DNA of 63,537 bases, counting the filler, from Choristocarpus tenellus KU-1152 (lineage: Eukaryota > Protista > Phaeophyceae): the NCBI GenBank assembly GCA_964200185.2. It is 13 parts of 13 records of this genome, joined end to end, with 100 filler letters (N's around TTAATTAATTAA, not from the genome) between each part and the next. Parts side by side here need not be neighbours in the genome. Positions count along the whole stretch, not along the records: positions 12,944 to 18,687 come from CAXNAD020009863.1; positions 18,788 to 24,504 come from CAXNAD020009922.1; positions 24,605 to 28,359 come from CAXNAD020018132.1; 10 more parts are not named here. The stretch is one strand, 5' to 3'. Position numbers and translations under genes: made by a program. The notes under the pieces are model-generated. The model ran no database searches and was not told the DNA's origin. It was given only the letters and a program-made list of their open reading frames with translations. Positions within the stretch are counted from its first letter, which is position 1; each line of letters begins with the position of its first letter. Shown here piece after piece: positions 12,844 to 25,949 of the stretch.

Positions 12844-14645
12844 NNNNNNNNNNNNNNNNNNNNNNNNNNNNNNNNNNNNNNNNNNNNTTAATTAATTAAN
12901 NNNNNNNNNNNNNNNNNNNNNNNNNNNNNNNNNNNNNNNNNNNCAAAGTTGTCCGCTTCAAGCCGTATCTCGCCTCCACGCACCACGGGGGGGCGGGGGG
13001 GGGGGGGGGAAGAAGAGGAGAGTAGGCAGTAAGAGAAATCGATGCACTGGTATTTCGTACAGAATTGATTCTATTGATACTCAAATAGGACCAACACCAC
13101 CCGCTCCATTGATTGAGATGATCAACCTATGTTATCCTCTCCCTAACCAGGATCACTCTCTCAGTCCTTCAATGATCATTAGTAACACTATCTACTCCAG
13201 TATCACACACTTCAGGTCCAATCCGTGCCAAGCCTAGGTCAGAGAGAACCAAGAGGGCCCAAGCAGTTGACCTCTGGTCTCTATCACCCTATGCACCTAT
13301 TACATACACCAAACACAATCCGCCAAGAGCACCAGCACACAACCACCTGAGATCGCTACAACTGGCTCTATCTATCTTACACACAACACAAGACTCGTAT
13401 GAACGTGTTTTCCCAAAACCTTCTCAGGCATTTTACACGTGTCCTACAAAAGAATCCCATCTCACCCTGCGCAGGCTTTCCTACACCCCCCACATTCGTG
13501 AGAGTGTGGGAATACCTAATATTTTAACATCTGAGCAGAAAAGCGTGACAAGAGAGGACACCGAGAACAACGAAAGAAAAAAGGTTGAATACAAAAGTAG
13601 TCAGCTCTTTATCACACCATTGTTACATGAAACGGTATACATCAATTCCAATATAACTTGCCACTCCGGTACTTCAAGAGCCGGTCGCTAATTGTTTAAA
13701 CAGACCCACCAATCAAAAACTTACAGCCATCACTGAACTACTGAGAATTTTTTTTTTTCAAGTCTCAGACCGCACACTACTCAAGGGTTTTCAATGCTTA
13801 GAACTAGTGAACATAGAGTCGAAATGGCCTCACTACTGGAAGGTGTACTAAATAGTACTATCACAAATCATACACAACACATCACATCACAGTACCTAAA
13901 CCCTAACCCTAACCCTATAGTCACCACCATACTACCCAATACAACCAAAAGAAATCATCTGGTTGATAACACTTAGGCCGAATCGGAGAGATCCCCCCCT
14001 CGCCAACGCCAACCAGATATTTGCGACAGTAGGACATCAAAAGGTATACCTCCAATACAAGTATGTATCACTGACAGTATGTAAATACTCACTAATCCGC
14101 ACCATCACCAACTTCTATCAGATACACATAGTTTTTTTGATACTCTGGCGATGACTGAGACCTGAAATAATGCCTTTATCCACTACAAATCATTACAAAC
14201 ACTAGCTCCCCCCCCTCCCCCCAACCCCCAACCCCCCAAAAGGTCACAGGCAAAGTGTTAGGGAAGGTGCTTCCAAAAACATGAATTCATAGAGTTTTGG
14301 ACTTGCTACCAATACCTGAAGTTGGTACAGCTATAGTTAGGGTTAGGAAGCAATTCCCAACGGGAAAATCATAGGGTTAGGGTTAGGTTAGGAAGGCGTT
14401 GCCAGCTCTAGATTATAGAGATAGGACTGCAGTTGTGATTGGGGTTAGGACGGGATACAAACACAAAAAAGTCATAGTGTTAGGCTTAGTAATAGGGAGA
14501 CATTCCCAAGAACAAAAAAAGGGAAGAAACAGAACAGTAACAATAAAAAAATTATCGAGAATATATCAAAAAAAATATATATATATGTATGTATATGTGT
14601 AAGAACAAAAAAAAAATAGTCCAGAGTGATTAATTAAAGACTTAC

Positions 14646-17600
14646 TGTCTGGCTTTCCCCAGATCGGAATATATCCTCTCCCCCCAAAACACCTCCTGTA
14701 AAAGTTCCGCGTCGATCCTTCTTGAAACGGGCCATGGTTCCATCACGCCTCCTCATCCTCAGCCTCATCTCCTCCGCCACCTTTTTTTGACACAGACGGA
14801 TATTGATATTCAGGCACACAAAGAAGATATAGGGCATGCAAATACACATGTCACCCCCAACAACAAAAACATAAAATTGAGGAACAGTGCAAAAAAAAAA
14901 ACTTACTGTATACATACACATACATACATACATAAATATATTTTTGATCACATGCCTAGTGTGGTTAATCCAAACCATTTTTTTTTTAAAGAAAAGAAAA
15001 AAGAGATTCTACAAAAGTTTAAATCAACAACTACAATCAATTTCAAAGTATTCAAATCATATTCAAATAGTGTGCCAGGCGCAAACCACACCCACACCAC
15101 AGCACAAAATATAGCCTAAAAATCATTGGGCCAACAATTTTTGAGCCAAATTCGAGAGCTCCACCAACCACAAATTAGGGGGGTTCGGCAGATGAACATG
15201 ATATTGAAGAGGTATACCCCCATATTCCTCTATATATATACCGATAGCGGTATATATATATACCGTGTACTTCATACCATCATTGGTTTCTTTCAAAGTA
15301 ATTAGGTCAAACCGTTCCTCCAACACTGACCATTTCATATTCTTTTTTTGATCACCTTGGCACATATACGCCACAAAAAAAAGAAAGAATTAGCCATCAC
15401 TTTCCAATCTTGTTTCTCTGTCACAACAGCCCTCAATCAGGACAATTGGGAATGGAAGTGGTTGAATAAAGGCGCCCCAGTCAGATATCTCGAAGCTTAC
15501 TCCATGGATATGCAAAAAAAGACAAGCAGTACCTTCAAGTTGAAGATGCCCTCACTCAAAATGGACCATGCATACGGGCCATTCCAAAACAAAATCGTCA
15601 AAGAGAAGTTGCATCTGCACACACACATATATACATGTGTTCATCTAGGGAGCAGCATATCAGCCAACACAATGCAAGAACAAGAGCTAGAGAGCAACAA
15701 AATAAATCTCACAACGGGTGCCTATCCATATGTATGCTATCCATATGTGAGTCTAGGCAGCACACCAGACAACATCATGCTATGAGTAGAAGTTAAGAAG
15801 ACCAATGAAGCCTTCGGCCAACAGAACAAGCTGGCATGTCTGTGTCTCATCAGCTATATCACCAAGCTATCACACAAAATACACATGCAGCACAGAGAGT
15901 GACAATTCAGGAAGAACCCACGCCTCAAGGCATCACACACATTTCGCTCTCGAAAGACACCAGTCAGACACAAAAATAAAATAAAATAAAACACAAATCG
16001 CCTCATCAACCAACAACACCAACATCCTACACAAAAGACCTGGGAAAGTCTACTTCTACCTGGCCGTAGGCATCCGTTCACCTCATGCCCATCAAATTGC
16101 TACAACCCATAGAGAGAAGCACGCGACACAAACAAGGTACGCCCATGACCATCTGAAGGTATATCAAAGACAAAACCAATTTCTGCGCAATCACTGACAG
16201 ATGATAAAAGTCAGTCCTAGACCAACTACACTCACGCCCCGTAGCAACAGTCAGACAGCTCTGTAGCAGCACCATTTTTCAAATCAAAAACTTCACAGCG
16301 GTGTGACAATAGGATTACACCATAGGTTTGGAAACCCCACAATGAGAAATACACGTAAATATATAGGCTGAAACAGAATATGTCATTAACATCACCAACT
16401 ACATGTAAAAAAAAACATCAATCCAAAAAGCACCTCCCCTGCCCATATCCTGGAACACCTCGAGCTCCTCACCTCCTCCAGCTTGTGTCTCGGAAGTCTG
16501 ATCTTCAGCATAACATTCCGCCTGTCTAGGCCATACAACCTCTCCACATCCAGTCCTGACATCCTAAGGCGAGACCATATCTGCGTCCCAGGGCTTGTCC
16601 AGCCCAGGAAGTACTCTGGAGATGCAGTTCCCTTCACCTTGGATGGCATTTACCAAAAAACAGGAAAGGGGTGGGGGAAGGGGGGAGGGGGACTTAGTTC
16701 AGGAGAGCATGCAAGGGCAACTTCAAACGTACACTGTAGTTGTGAGGTGGCAACGTAAGCATTATCTCACCATCAACGATATTACATCTTGGAAAATTCT
16801 TCATGAGCTGCAACAACCCATAAATAACATTCTTCAGAGTAGAAAAAAAGTAAAGATGCAAAACGTGATGGTACCAACGAGGTCTAGCACTAACAATCAG
16901 AATTATAAGCACAATCATGGCACCCCAGCAGGCCAGGCCACCAACTAAAAACAAGATAGAAACATCCCATCCAACACCAAATTTAAAAATTGGTACTCAG
17001 CGGAGTGGTATAACACTTACCACCAAACAGTACAAGTAGTTCCACATATAGCATCAACACTTTCCTCTTAGTAATACCATACCACTAACTACACCAAAAA
17101 CCCTGTTTTTAAACACATTGTTGGTATTTCATTACAACTTGGAACACCACTGCCTAGGTAGTACAGTAGCATCTTAGTACTAGAAAATATCACAAGTAAT
17201 GGGTTCAAGCCTCCACAGGGCTGCCATTCACCACTCTCTTCGCTCACTCTAGAAGAACGCATCTGGGTGGGAGAGGAGCCCAGGAATTATTTTTTAGTAC
17301 CAAGATGCTACTGTACTACCTAAGCAGTGGTCTTCCAAGTTGTAATGAAATACCAACAATGTTTTAAAAAACAGGGTTTTTGGTGTAGTTACTGGAGCGA
17401 CTCAATCCACCACCCCCCTCCCCCCCACCCCTCCGAATCCCCCCCCAAAAAAACACTAAAAAAAAATCGCAAAAGTCTCTCGTCAATCAACAAATGACCC
17501 CTCTCTAAATCCCCTCCCAAAATCGTAAGACAAAGAGAACTCAAACACACACACACACACATACAAAGTTTCACTTAATCACACTCATCACAACACACCG

Positions 17601-18185
17601 AATCAAGACCCCAAAACTCCCCCCCCCCACAGCCCACGGATCACTCCCACACACATCCCCCTTCCCAATCCACACCTGAGACATCTCCTGCACCTGTGCA
17701 GGGCTATGTGACCCCCTCCCCAGTTTCACCGGCACCAGCTTCCTAAATGATTGTCTCCAAGACGGACTGCTGCTTAGCATCGAGTGCATCCCACCATCTT
17801 CTCCAGTCGTACCTGCTGCCATACCACCCACCCCTACCCCCCTACCAAGCCGCCCACCACCCCCTCCATTCCCATTCGCCATCATGTTACCTGAAGCATG
17901 CCTCTCCAGTCCAGTTCCATTACTAACAGACTCCATCCCCCCCACAACGCCTCCATTCAAACCTACAAACCCTCGGCGACCTTTTGCCCCATCACCTCCA
18001 CCTTTTGCTGCAGCTGCTACTGCCCCAGCCTCCATCATCCCAAGAGCATCCTCCCTCCCCTGAGAACCCACCATGCTATTACCATCCCCAAACTTGAGAC
18101 CAGTTTCCTGGGACAGTGGGCTGTTGAAGCCAACTCCATCTACACCAAAGCCCCCCGAAGATCTCATCTGCAGCAGGATGAAGCC
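14646..18185 (-). CDS. Anoctamin/TMEM16-like protein, N-terminal cytosolic exons (18185-17676, 16637-16473, 14780-14646)
   Basis: Three phase-0 exons of 510, 165 and 135 nt with GT donors. The joined peptide IWSRLRMSGLDVERLYGLDRRNVMLKIRLPRHKLEE|VAEEMRL...FRSGESQT fits the anoctamin N-terminal pattern (RLxxxGLxV...KIxxP..LExxAE...FxSxERQ). Confidence 0.7.
17087..17390. mobile_element. ~300-bp intronic MITE with ~100-bp TIRs
   Basis: AACTACACCAAAAACCCTG...CAGGGTTTTTGGTGTAGTT. Flanked by ACT/ACT, or by TA/TA if each end is trimmed by 1 nt. Confidence 0.88.
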
Positions 18186-18849
18186 CTGGAGTGCTCGAGA
18201 GACAGGCGTGTGGAATACATTAGTCAACAAACATGTACAGAGGTGAGGCGAGGGGGTCTTGTACTAATCACTAATGGTGGCAATACACACCTCCAACAAA
18301 ATACTGAAACGGCTGGGATTCTTGAGGGGATAGAATGTCAGAACAACGACCTGATGCATTCTAAACCCGAAACTCCTTTCCTACATTCTGTAAAAACCCT
18401 AACCCTACCCCCTCAAAAATAGACTCGACACTTCACAGTACCAGTACTATGATAGTAATGGAGTAGACTAGAGCCTTTAACATGTACACTTCTCAACTAT
18501 CTCACTCACTGGAAAAAATAACGAAGAACAAGAACGCCTCCTTAACACAATACTCTTACGTCCTCCGCTTCACACAAGCCCGCACAAAACTTCACTCACT
18601 TCCCTAACCTGCTTCCCCCTATAACCCCAACCCCAACCCCCCCCCCCCCCCCCCCCCCCCCCACCCCCAACAAACCACAACCCCCCCNNNNNNNNNNNNN
18701 NNNNNNNNNNNNNNNNNNNNNNNNNNNNNNNTTAATTAATTAANNNNNNNNNNNNNNNNNNNNNNNNNNNNNNNNNNNNNNNNNNNNTCCCCACGCGCGT
18801 ATACTGCTCGCGCTGGTTAAAGCGCGGGAAGAAATACTCGCGCTATTCG

Positions 18850-19340
18850 CCTGCAACAGATGGGTATCCTTGCACTACGGAGGACGGTAGCCCCTTACAC
18901 AGTGGACAGGAATCTTCACATGGATCTGGTATTTCACACAGGAGCACTAGCGGACACGGGAACAGCTCCCTACAGGCACAAAGGTCTTCTGCTAGACGTC
19001 ACCACCTTCGTAGAGGTATAGCCAACCTCCCACCACCTAACCCACTCATCGACCAGCAATGGTGTAGCTGTTGCTACAGCCGAGGCGCGAAAACGTACCC
19101 ACTACAAGGGATCCTTTTGATCCTCATAGTTTTAAACTCAACACCTTCACGGTGGAACGTTTTGGGCGCCTCGGCAAGCAAGCGGAATGCTTCCTGGATG
19201 ATCTGGCTACTCACGTAGTGAGGGGAGAGAAACTGGAGGATTTAGCAAAAAAGGAGTAGTCAAATCCCGGCTATGCCATATTGTCTCGGTGACTACACAA
19301 GTGACACTGTCTAGACGTGTCATGCGTTTTAAGCTAGAGT
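18850..19340 (+). mobile_element. Decayed non-LTR retrotransposon 3' end, restriction-like endonuclease (CRE/R2-type RLE) domain
   Basis: Frameshifted LHMDLVF...GLLLDVTT...GVAVATAEARKRTHYKG/FDPHSFKLNTFTVERFGRLGKQAECFLDDLA.../VSVTTQVTLSRRV, the typical D..DVT..K..Y..VExxG pattern of RLE domains. Confidence 0.75.
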
Positions 19341-19614
19341 CACCAGGGAGATGGGCATGGAGGGGTTTATTGGATTCTTGGGATGCCTCCCTAGCTCCTC
19401 CCTCCGGGGCGCAGGAGTAGGTAGATTGGAAGCATAGGAAGGCAGTAGTACAATATTGACAGTGGTGAAGTAACAATTAGATTAGTGTTTTTCACATATA
19501 TGATATTTTATTTCTCTAGGGCTTATACTGACATATGTATAGTTTTCATTTGTTTCCCTCCTGACACATCTCCAAATGTCAGAGGGCATAATAATAAATA
19601 TAGTACGTGTGGAA

Positions 19615-20030
19615 AGCATGTTTGTTAGTTGTTATACCGTCATTTCCGTATATCATATACCGTTATATAATTATATATTTGTACCGTTGTACCGATTGAG
19701 GTTTCTTTGCCAGGATTTTCTGATTCCAGTGAGGAATCTTCCAAATAATCGAGGTGGGAATTTTGTGCAAGAAACCAATACCACAAGTAATACACATCCC
19801 TGTAATCAGAGATGTGCATTACTTGTGGAATTTTGTGATGATTCCCCTCTCCTAAGATTCTCATCACTCCACAGTTTTTCTACAAGTCCTTGCAGTCTTG
19901 CACTTTTCCAACCTTAACTCCATCCTTTCGGTTACGGTTTGTCTTGGTCCGTCTGGTCCGTCTTGCCCGGTTATTCTCTTTGCCACCCTTACCTGAGTGA
20001 ATCACGCTGCCACAGAACCACATGATTCAT
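19615..20030 (-). repeat. Dispersed repeat, homologous to 27421-28026 (+)
   Basis: The reverse complement shares colinear blocks such as TTCACTCAGG(T/C)AAGGGTGGC(A/G)AAGAGAAT and ATACGGAAA...ATAACAAC..ACAAACATG. Confidence 0.8.
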
Positions 20031-20224
20031 ATACGCACGGTCATATACATTTACGCGCGTCACCTTTTGGCATTGAGGCCACGCCAAGTGATGTGGTGTG
20101 GGTCAGACGCATGACAGGCTCGCAGTAACCCCGACATGAACAGTGGATTCAAACAGCAAAGTCCAAGATAGTATTTTCTGTTCTGACTGGTCACAACCAA
20201 TCACGGTGAAGATTGATTCACATG

Positions 20225-20486
20225 GAGTCAAAGTATCTTAAAGGGTAGAGCCGTCTCCGTTTGGGGACCAAACTCCAATCAATGTTGCGATTTTGATGTA
20301 ATTTTGGCTATTGTGTTTGTTAGGAAGTGTCAATATCCTTGTTCCGAACACAACTTTTCATAACATACACGTTTTTCCTACTTCGAAACATTTCGGAGTA
20401 GGAATATGTAGTAAAAAAACAGTGGGAAGCCAAGCCCCAAATGACCAAACAGGGCAAAATTGGTACCCCCTAAGATACTTTCACTC
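20225..20486 (+). mobile_element. ~255-bp MITE family, copy A
   Basis: TIR consensus GAGTCAAAGTATCTTAGAGGGTA...TACCCTCTAAGATACTTTCACTC. Flanks ATG/GTG. Confidence 0.9.
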
Positions 20487-21574
20487 GTGGCACTCTGAGG
20501 CTGTTAACATGCACCCAGCATGCCTCAGTCTTATCTTTCACTTCTTTTGTGAGTCTCTTCTCTGGTGGTTCTCATCATCTCCTATCACACACAACCAGGT
20601 CCCCTAAAATATTATTTTCTCTCGGTTTTCCTCCAAAACTTCTCCACTTCTTTCACTATCACCCAAAACTTTAACCCGTGCTCAGATAGCAGTCCACACC
20701 TCAGTATTTCTTGTACCCTATGAACTATCTCTCTCTGCCATAACCAACGAGGAACCTCACCTGTCCACGAGAAAGTCAGGAAATCAGAACATGAGCCCAA
20801 CATCGAAATACGTAATATTTTTCAGTGTTGTAACAGGTGCTGACTCATTCACATTACTTCAAAAAGTTAATTTAGTGAGTAGGTGTAAACACCAGAAGGC
20901 GGACGCTACCTTTCAAGGTACTCTGAAACACTACCATTTCAGCGAGTGTGTGAGCAGGTAGGAGCAACCTAACAGTTCTCGAGGGTATTTTTGGTGGTGT
21001 TGTTACCAACAGTGATACACTCACACTATAAGAGTGCCCTAAAATACAGAGGGATGAAGTCGTATCGATGACATAGGTATCAACACATATAAACAAATTG
21101 TGTTCTCCTATCAGATTGTGTCAACTATGATGTGGATGGATTCTCTGCTTGACCTACACTAGGGTTCTGCCTAACGGATTGTTGGTATCAATGTGTCTAA
21201 CACGACCTACTCTTCATGAAGATGACCACTCCCCACTCTAATTCGCCTGAGGGAGGATATCATTTGACCGAGTGTGCTCATTGACGCGATTAGTGGTGTA
21301 TTTCTCAGCAAATTTCCATTTTGTCGATGTTTTCTGAATTGTGCTGTGTTGGTGGATGATGCTGATACACGACAGACATCATTGGTGGAGTAGTCAGTAC
21401 GAAGTGGATTGCTGGCATCAACGTGTCCAACAGGATTCATGAAGGTGACCACCCCCCACTCTAGTTCGCCTGAGGGAGGATATCATTTGACCAAGTATGC
21501 TCATTGACGCGATTAGTGGTGTATTTCTTAATAAAATTTTGTCAATGCTTTTCTGAATTGTGCTGTGTTGGTGA

Positions 21575-21840
21575 GAGTCAAAGTATCTTAGAGGGTAGAA
21601 CCGCGTCCGTCTGGGGGTCATAATCCAATGTTGCGATTTTGATGTAATTTTGGCTATCATGTTAGTTAGGAAGTATCAATATCCTTGTTCTGAACATATA
21701 CATGATACCTACTCCAAAACGTATACATTTTACCTACTCCGAAACATTTCGGAGTAGGAGAGTGTCATAAAAACGCGTGGGAAGCCAAGTCCCAATGCAC
21801 AAACAGGGAAAAACTCGTACCCTCTAAGACACTTTCACTC
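21575..21840 (+). mobile_element. ~255-bp MITE family, copy B (TSD TGA)
   Basis: Full TIRs with TGA on both sides. Internal hairpin CCTACTCCGAAA-CA-TTTCGGAGTAGG. Confidence 0.92.
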
Positions 21841-21851
21841 TGAGTGCTGCT

Positions 21852-22109
21852 GAGCCTAAGAATCTTAGAGTGTAGAGTCGCGTCCATTTGGGAGCCAAAA
21901 TACAATGTTCCGATTTTGATGTCATTTTGCTATCGTGTTTGTTAGGAATTGGCAATATATCCTTATTCAGACACGCCTTTTCAGAACGTAAGCATTTGAC
22001 CTACTCCGAAACAGTTTGGAGTAGGAAAATAACTTAAAAAAACCCGTGGAAGCCAAGCCCCAAACGGACAAATAGGGAAAAACTCGTACCCTCTAAGATG
22101 CTTTTACTC
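21852..22109 (+). mobile_element. ~255-bp MITE family, copy C (TSD TGCT)
   Basis: Full TIRs, inserted 11 bp from copy B. Confidence 0.9.
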
Positions 22110-22731
22110 TGCTGCTAGACATCATTGGTGGAGTAGACAGTACGAAGCAGAACCTAATAATGGTGATGGATCTATTTGTGTCGTCAGAGCAAATACTTTG
22201 TGCGTCTGATCTGTGACATCATTTGCCAGATATGTCCACCATCAACTGATGTCTAGTGATCAATGTTCTTCTGGTGTATGCTGGTCATGATTGAAGACAA
22301 GACGAGAAAGTAAGTGATTCATGGGTAGGTAGTGTGAACAATATCAAACCCCATACGACAGGAGTAGTAACAGGTGCTCTCGGTCTCACTAGGCAGAACC
22401 TACCCCTTGTTGACTCAATAACATGCATTCACACCAACTCTTACGTTGTCCTCTGTCAAGGCATATCTTAGATCATATTTACCCCAGTTCCAAGTACGAT
22501 ACTTCACATTCAACACAATTCAAAACGAAATTAGAGACTAGGCGTAACAATCAGTCCCGGAAGGTAATGCTCTAGGTACTCAAGAACACCATCATTTTAG
22601 CAATTTGTGATAGATTGTCATGCTCGCTAACAATTATCGAGAGCATGTTTTTGGAGGAGCCACTCTTTGCATTCAGTAGTGATGGTGAGTGCACTCACTG
22701 CAAAAAAAATGCCCAAACTATCAAGCGATGA

Positions 22732-22983
22732 TAGAGAAAGTATCTTAGAGGGTACGAGGTTTGTCCTGTTTGTCCATTTGGGGCTTGGCTTCCCATGTTT
22801 GTTTGTTTTTTCGTACTCCAAAATATTTCGAGCAGGTAAAATGTGTATGTTATGGAAAGTTGTGTCGGAAACAAGGATGTTGACACTTCCTAGCAAACAC
22901 GATAGCCAAAATTACATCAAATCGCAACATTGAATTTTAGTCCTCAAACGAACGCGGCTCTACAGTCTAAGATACTTTGGCTC
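22732..22983 (-). mobile_element. ~255-bp MITE family, copy D (TSD TGA)
   Basis: Reverse-orientation copy, with TGA at 22729-22731 and 22984-22986. Confidence 0.9.
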
Positions 22984-23624
22984 TGAAGTGGAATTGTAGA
23001 CATAGGTGTCAAAACGCCATAGCAAGTTGTGGTTACGCATCAGACAGTATCAACCAGCGTATGGAAGACCTCTCCGTTTTGACCCTCGCTACAGTTGGTT
23101 GGTTGTGCTTGACGGATTGCTGGCATTGATATGTCCAATAGAGCCTACTCTTCACAAGGAGCCTGTTGGTGACATCCCCCACTCTGATTCATGGTACAGG
23201 AGGATATCATTTTAGCTCTTTTACACATCCTCACGGTTGATAGTGCGCTTTACATATGGATCTACACATTGTTACCGTTGTTCTTGATTGTGTTGGAAAA
23301 GAGAGAAGATGGGGACTTGCAATATATATAATAATAAAACATAGTTTACATACTCCGTTCTCACCCAGGAACAATCCACATGATAAGCCCTTTGGACAAG
23401 GCTTAGTTCCCATGTATATTGGGAGGTGTAAAAAGTTTGAGATGGTGGTCTGTCATGACTTTGAGGAGGGCAAAGTTGACTAAGTCAAAATTGATAGGGT
23501 TCAAAAATCTCTACACACTGTCAAAGCAGGTGTTTATTAAGGTGCCTAGGACAAAGGCCCCCCATTGTTCAAGCAACTCACTCATCCCAAGAAGTCTGTT
23601 TGGGGTCCAGACTCAAACACCTCG

Positions 23625-24440
23625 ATGGAGAACAACGTGTTGGCACAATGCCTAGAGACGAGAGGGCATAAGACTCTGATGGCTTGGGGGACACCAGCGG
23701 GCATTGCGGAGGACCTCGGAATTTCCAAATCACCGTGTTCCATCCTCTGAAGGACTATGATAGCCAGATCGCACAGGGTGAATGCATGGACCTTGTATGA
23801 TGTCACAAGGGGCAATGTCGCCGCCGTACGAGTATCCTCAATGTTTGGGATGTCACATCAGTACACCACACATCCTTCCGCAAATGGGCGGCCAAAGTTG
23901 GGGTCCCCCCCCATGCCTCGTTGTGGGGATCTGTGCAAGCACGAGAAGGTGTGAAGAAGGTGAAGTGGTGGATTAAGCCAGCCCTCTCAGACCAGTAGAA
24001 AATAACAACACCGTGGGTTTCGTCATCAGCCACACGCACAGGAGGGGGGAAATTGGGGTATTAGTGGACCATCTATAAGACTGGGTGCGTGTGGGAGAGA
24101 AGTGGATGTACATCCTCAAAGATGGGCAAGGTGTGTACCTCCACCCCACTGAGGATCTCCCAAACCCCAATGGACACAGAATGAGCATTACATTGCAAGG
24201 GTAATATTCCTTGTAGTGTGGCCCGCCTCAGGAAGCTCTCCAACAGTGTGTATATTGTGATTCGATGGGGATTTCGGGATCTGGTCAATCATGGATACCA
24301 TGATCACTCAGCGCTCAAGCAAACACCGCCCCAAGGGTACCAAGGTGCTTGCACCAGCCACGGTATGGTGACCAAGCCTGCGCAAGATGGACCTGTGGAG
24401 CATTCACCACACTTATCCCAGAAGGGGCATGTCCATTGAT
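23625..24440 (+). mobile_element. Decayed plant-type mariner (DD39D, Soymar/Osmar-like) transposase
   Basis: Frameshifted motifs IKPALSD, DWVRVGEKWMYILKDGQGVYLHPTE (VHVDEKW motif), IARVIFL..VAR and FDGDFGIWSIMDTMITQRSSKHRPKGT (FDGKIGIW...RSSKNRPxGT). An HTH-like GIAEDLGISK lies upstream. Confidence 0.82.
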
Positions 24441-24459
24441 TGCGTCCCCTTCTGTTTAT

Positions 24460-24504
24460 GGGTCAAAGTATCTGGGGGTGGGGGTGTCGGCGTCCGTTTT
24501 TCAC
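24460..24504 (+). mobile_element. G-rich TIR terminus (GGGTCAAAGTATCTGGG) at contig end
   Basis: Same motif at 39417, 45903 and 51228. Confidence 0.65.
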
Positions 24505-25199
24505 NNNNNNNNNNNNNNNNNNNNNNNNNNNNNNNNNNNNNNNNNNNNTTAATTAATTAANNNNNNNNNNNNNNNNNNNNNNNNNNNNNNNNNNNNNNNN
24601 NNNNAGATACTAAAAACGGCTCCAAACGGCTCAGTTCTTCTGACCCAGAGAAGCCATACTGATTCAGTCCTCTCTTTTCTGATATCGATACGAATTAATA
24701 CAATTTCATTGTGCTACTTGAGATTCATCTGAGAGTGCTACTACTGTTCTGCTGAGCTGACGTGCGTTAACCTGTGAATTGGATTTGACTTGTACATCCT
24801 GGAAGGTGAGCATCGAAGGGCGCCTGTAACAGTAGGGACATGCAACGACTCAGTTCTATAACACAACTTCCAACTAATGGAAAACACACATGCTGCGTGA
24901 GACATTTGTCATTACACTTTCACAACAAGCGCACTTCAAAGAAGATATACGCGTCTCATAAAACCGACAAACATATATTTGACACACACACACACACGCA
25001 CGAGCATCCCTCTGTCCTACTTGTTCTTATGTATGCCCTAATATATATATCCAACACAAGCGGCATATGAGATAAGGCTTTCAGGTCGCATCACCCCCCT
25101 CCATCTTTTTATTCTTCTCACCACAAACTTAGACAAAACCGAAAATAATTTGGACTCCTTCTCCTTCCCACACATCCTGTCTCTCTCATCCTTATTTAC

Positions 25200-25231
<32 letters not shown>

Positions 25232-25594
25232 AATACTCATTATTCCCTCCCCACACGGTTGTCGCCCTGAATTCCGAAACAGTTTTCAGACTTCTCCGTC
25301 CGCACGAGAATTCTAAACTAATTTCCCTTGTCCTTACTGCTTCCCCACTTATCTCCTTCCCCCTCTCCTTCACGTTTTCCTTAACTGCCCCCCCCCCCCC
25401 CCCCCTCCTGCAGCGAATTCCGGACGTGGAGCACGACCTTTTAGGAAAATACACCTAAACACTCCATGGTTCCAGTCATAATCGAACCCCCACGACATTA
25501 GTTTCATTAGTGATGCAAAGAATGACATAGACGTACATAAATTTCCTCTTGAAATATTTATATGGTTCTGCATAACATAATATGGATACTGCGG

Positions 25595-25661
25595 AAGTGT
25601 CAAAGGTGCCAAGTTCTCTGCTCAAGGGGGCAATCACAATCACCGGAGTGAACTCTTCCAC
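25595..25661 (-). repeat. Dispersed repeat, homologous to 58187-58254 (+)
   Basis: AAGTGTCAAAGGTGCCAAGT...CTCAAGGGGGCAATCACAATCACCGGA..GAACTCTT is the reverse complement of the start of the last contig. Confidence 0.8.
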
Positions 25662-25949
25662 CTCAGAGGGTGAGACCGAGTTTCAAAGGTCTTCGCTCAA
25701 CATCTCAGAACAGATGAGGAAATCCAGAACAGAACAAAAACCTCAAACACAACAGATTTTCCCGAATGACTGAGCAACATCAGAGCAAAGAAATGGATCG
25801 GTCAGAATCGGAATGTCTCTTCGTTCTGACAGTCAATTTTAGTTTGGTCAAATCCGGATCTTATGGGTGTGGTTGGTTTATTGGACTGGTCGGTATGTGT
25901 GAGCTCAAATGACGTGGTTGGCGCGTGCAATTGTATATGACCGCGCGTC

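Larger units (their letters stand above)
21215..22147 (+). repeat. 223-bp tandem duplication whose second copy is interrupted by MITE copies B and C
   Basis: CATGAAG(A/G)TGACCAC at 21215 and 21438. Homology resumes at ~22117 (AGACATCATTGGTGGAGTAG). A diverged third piece lies at ~23115-23210. Confidence 0.85.
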
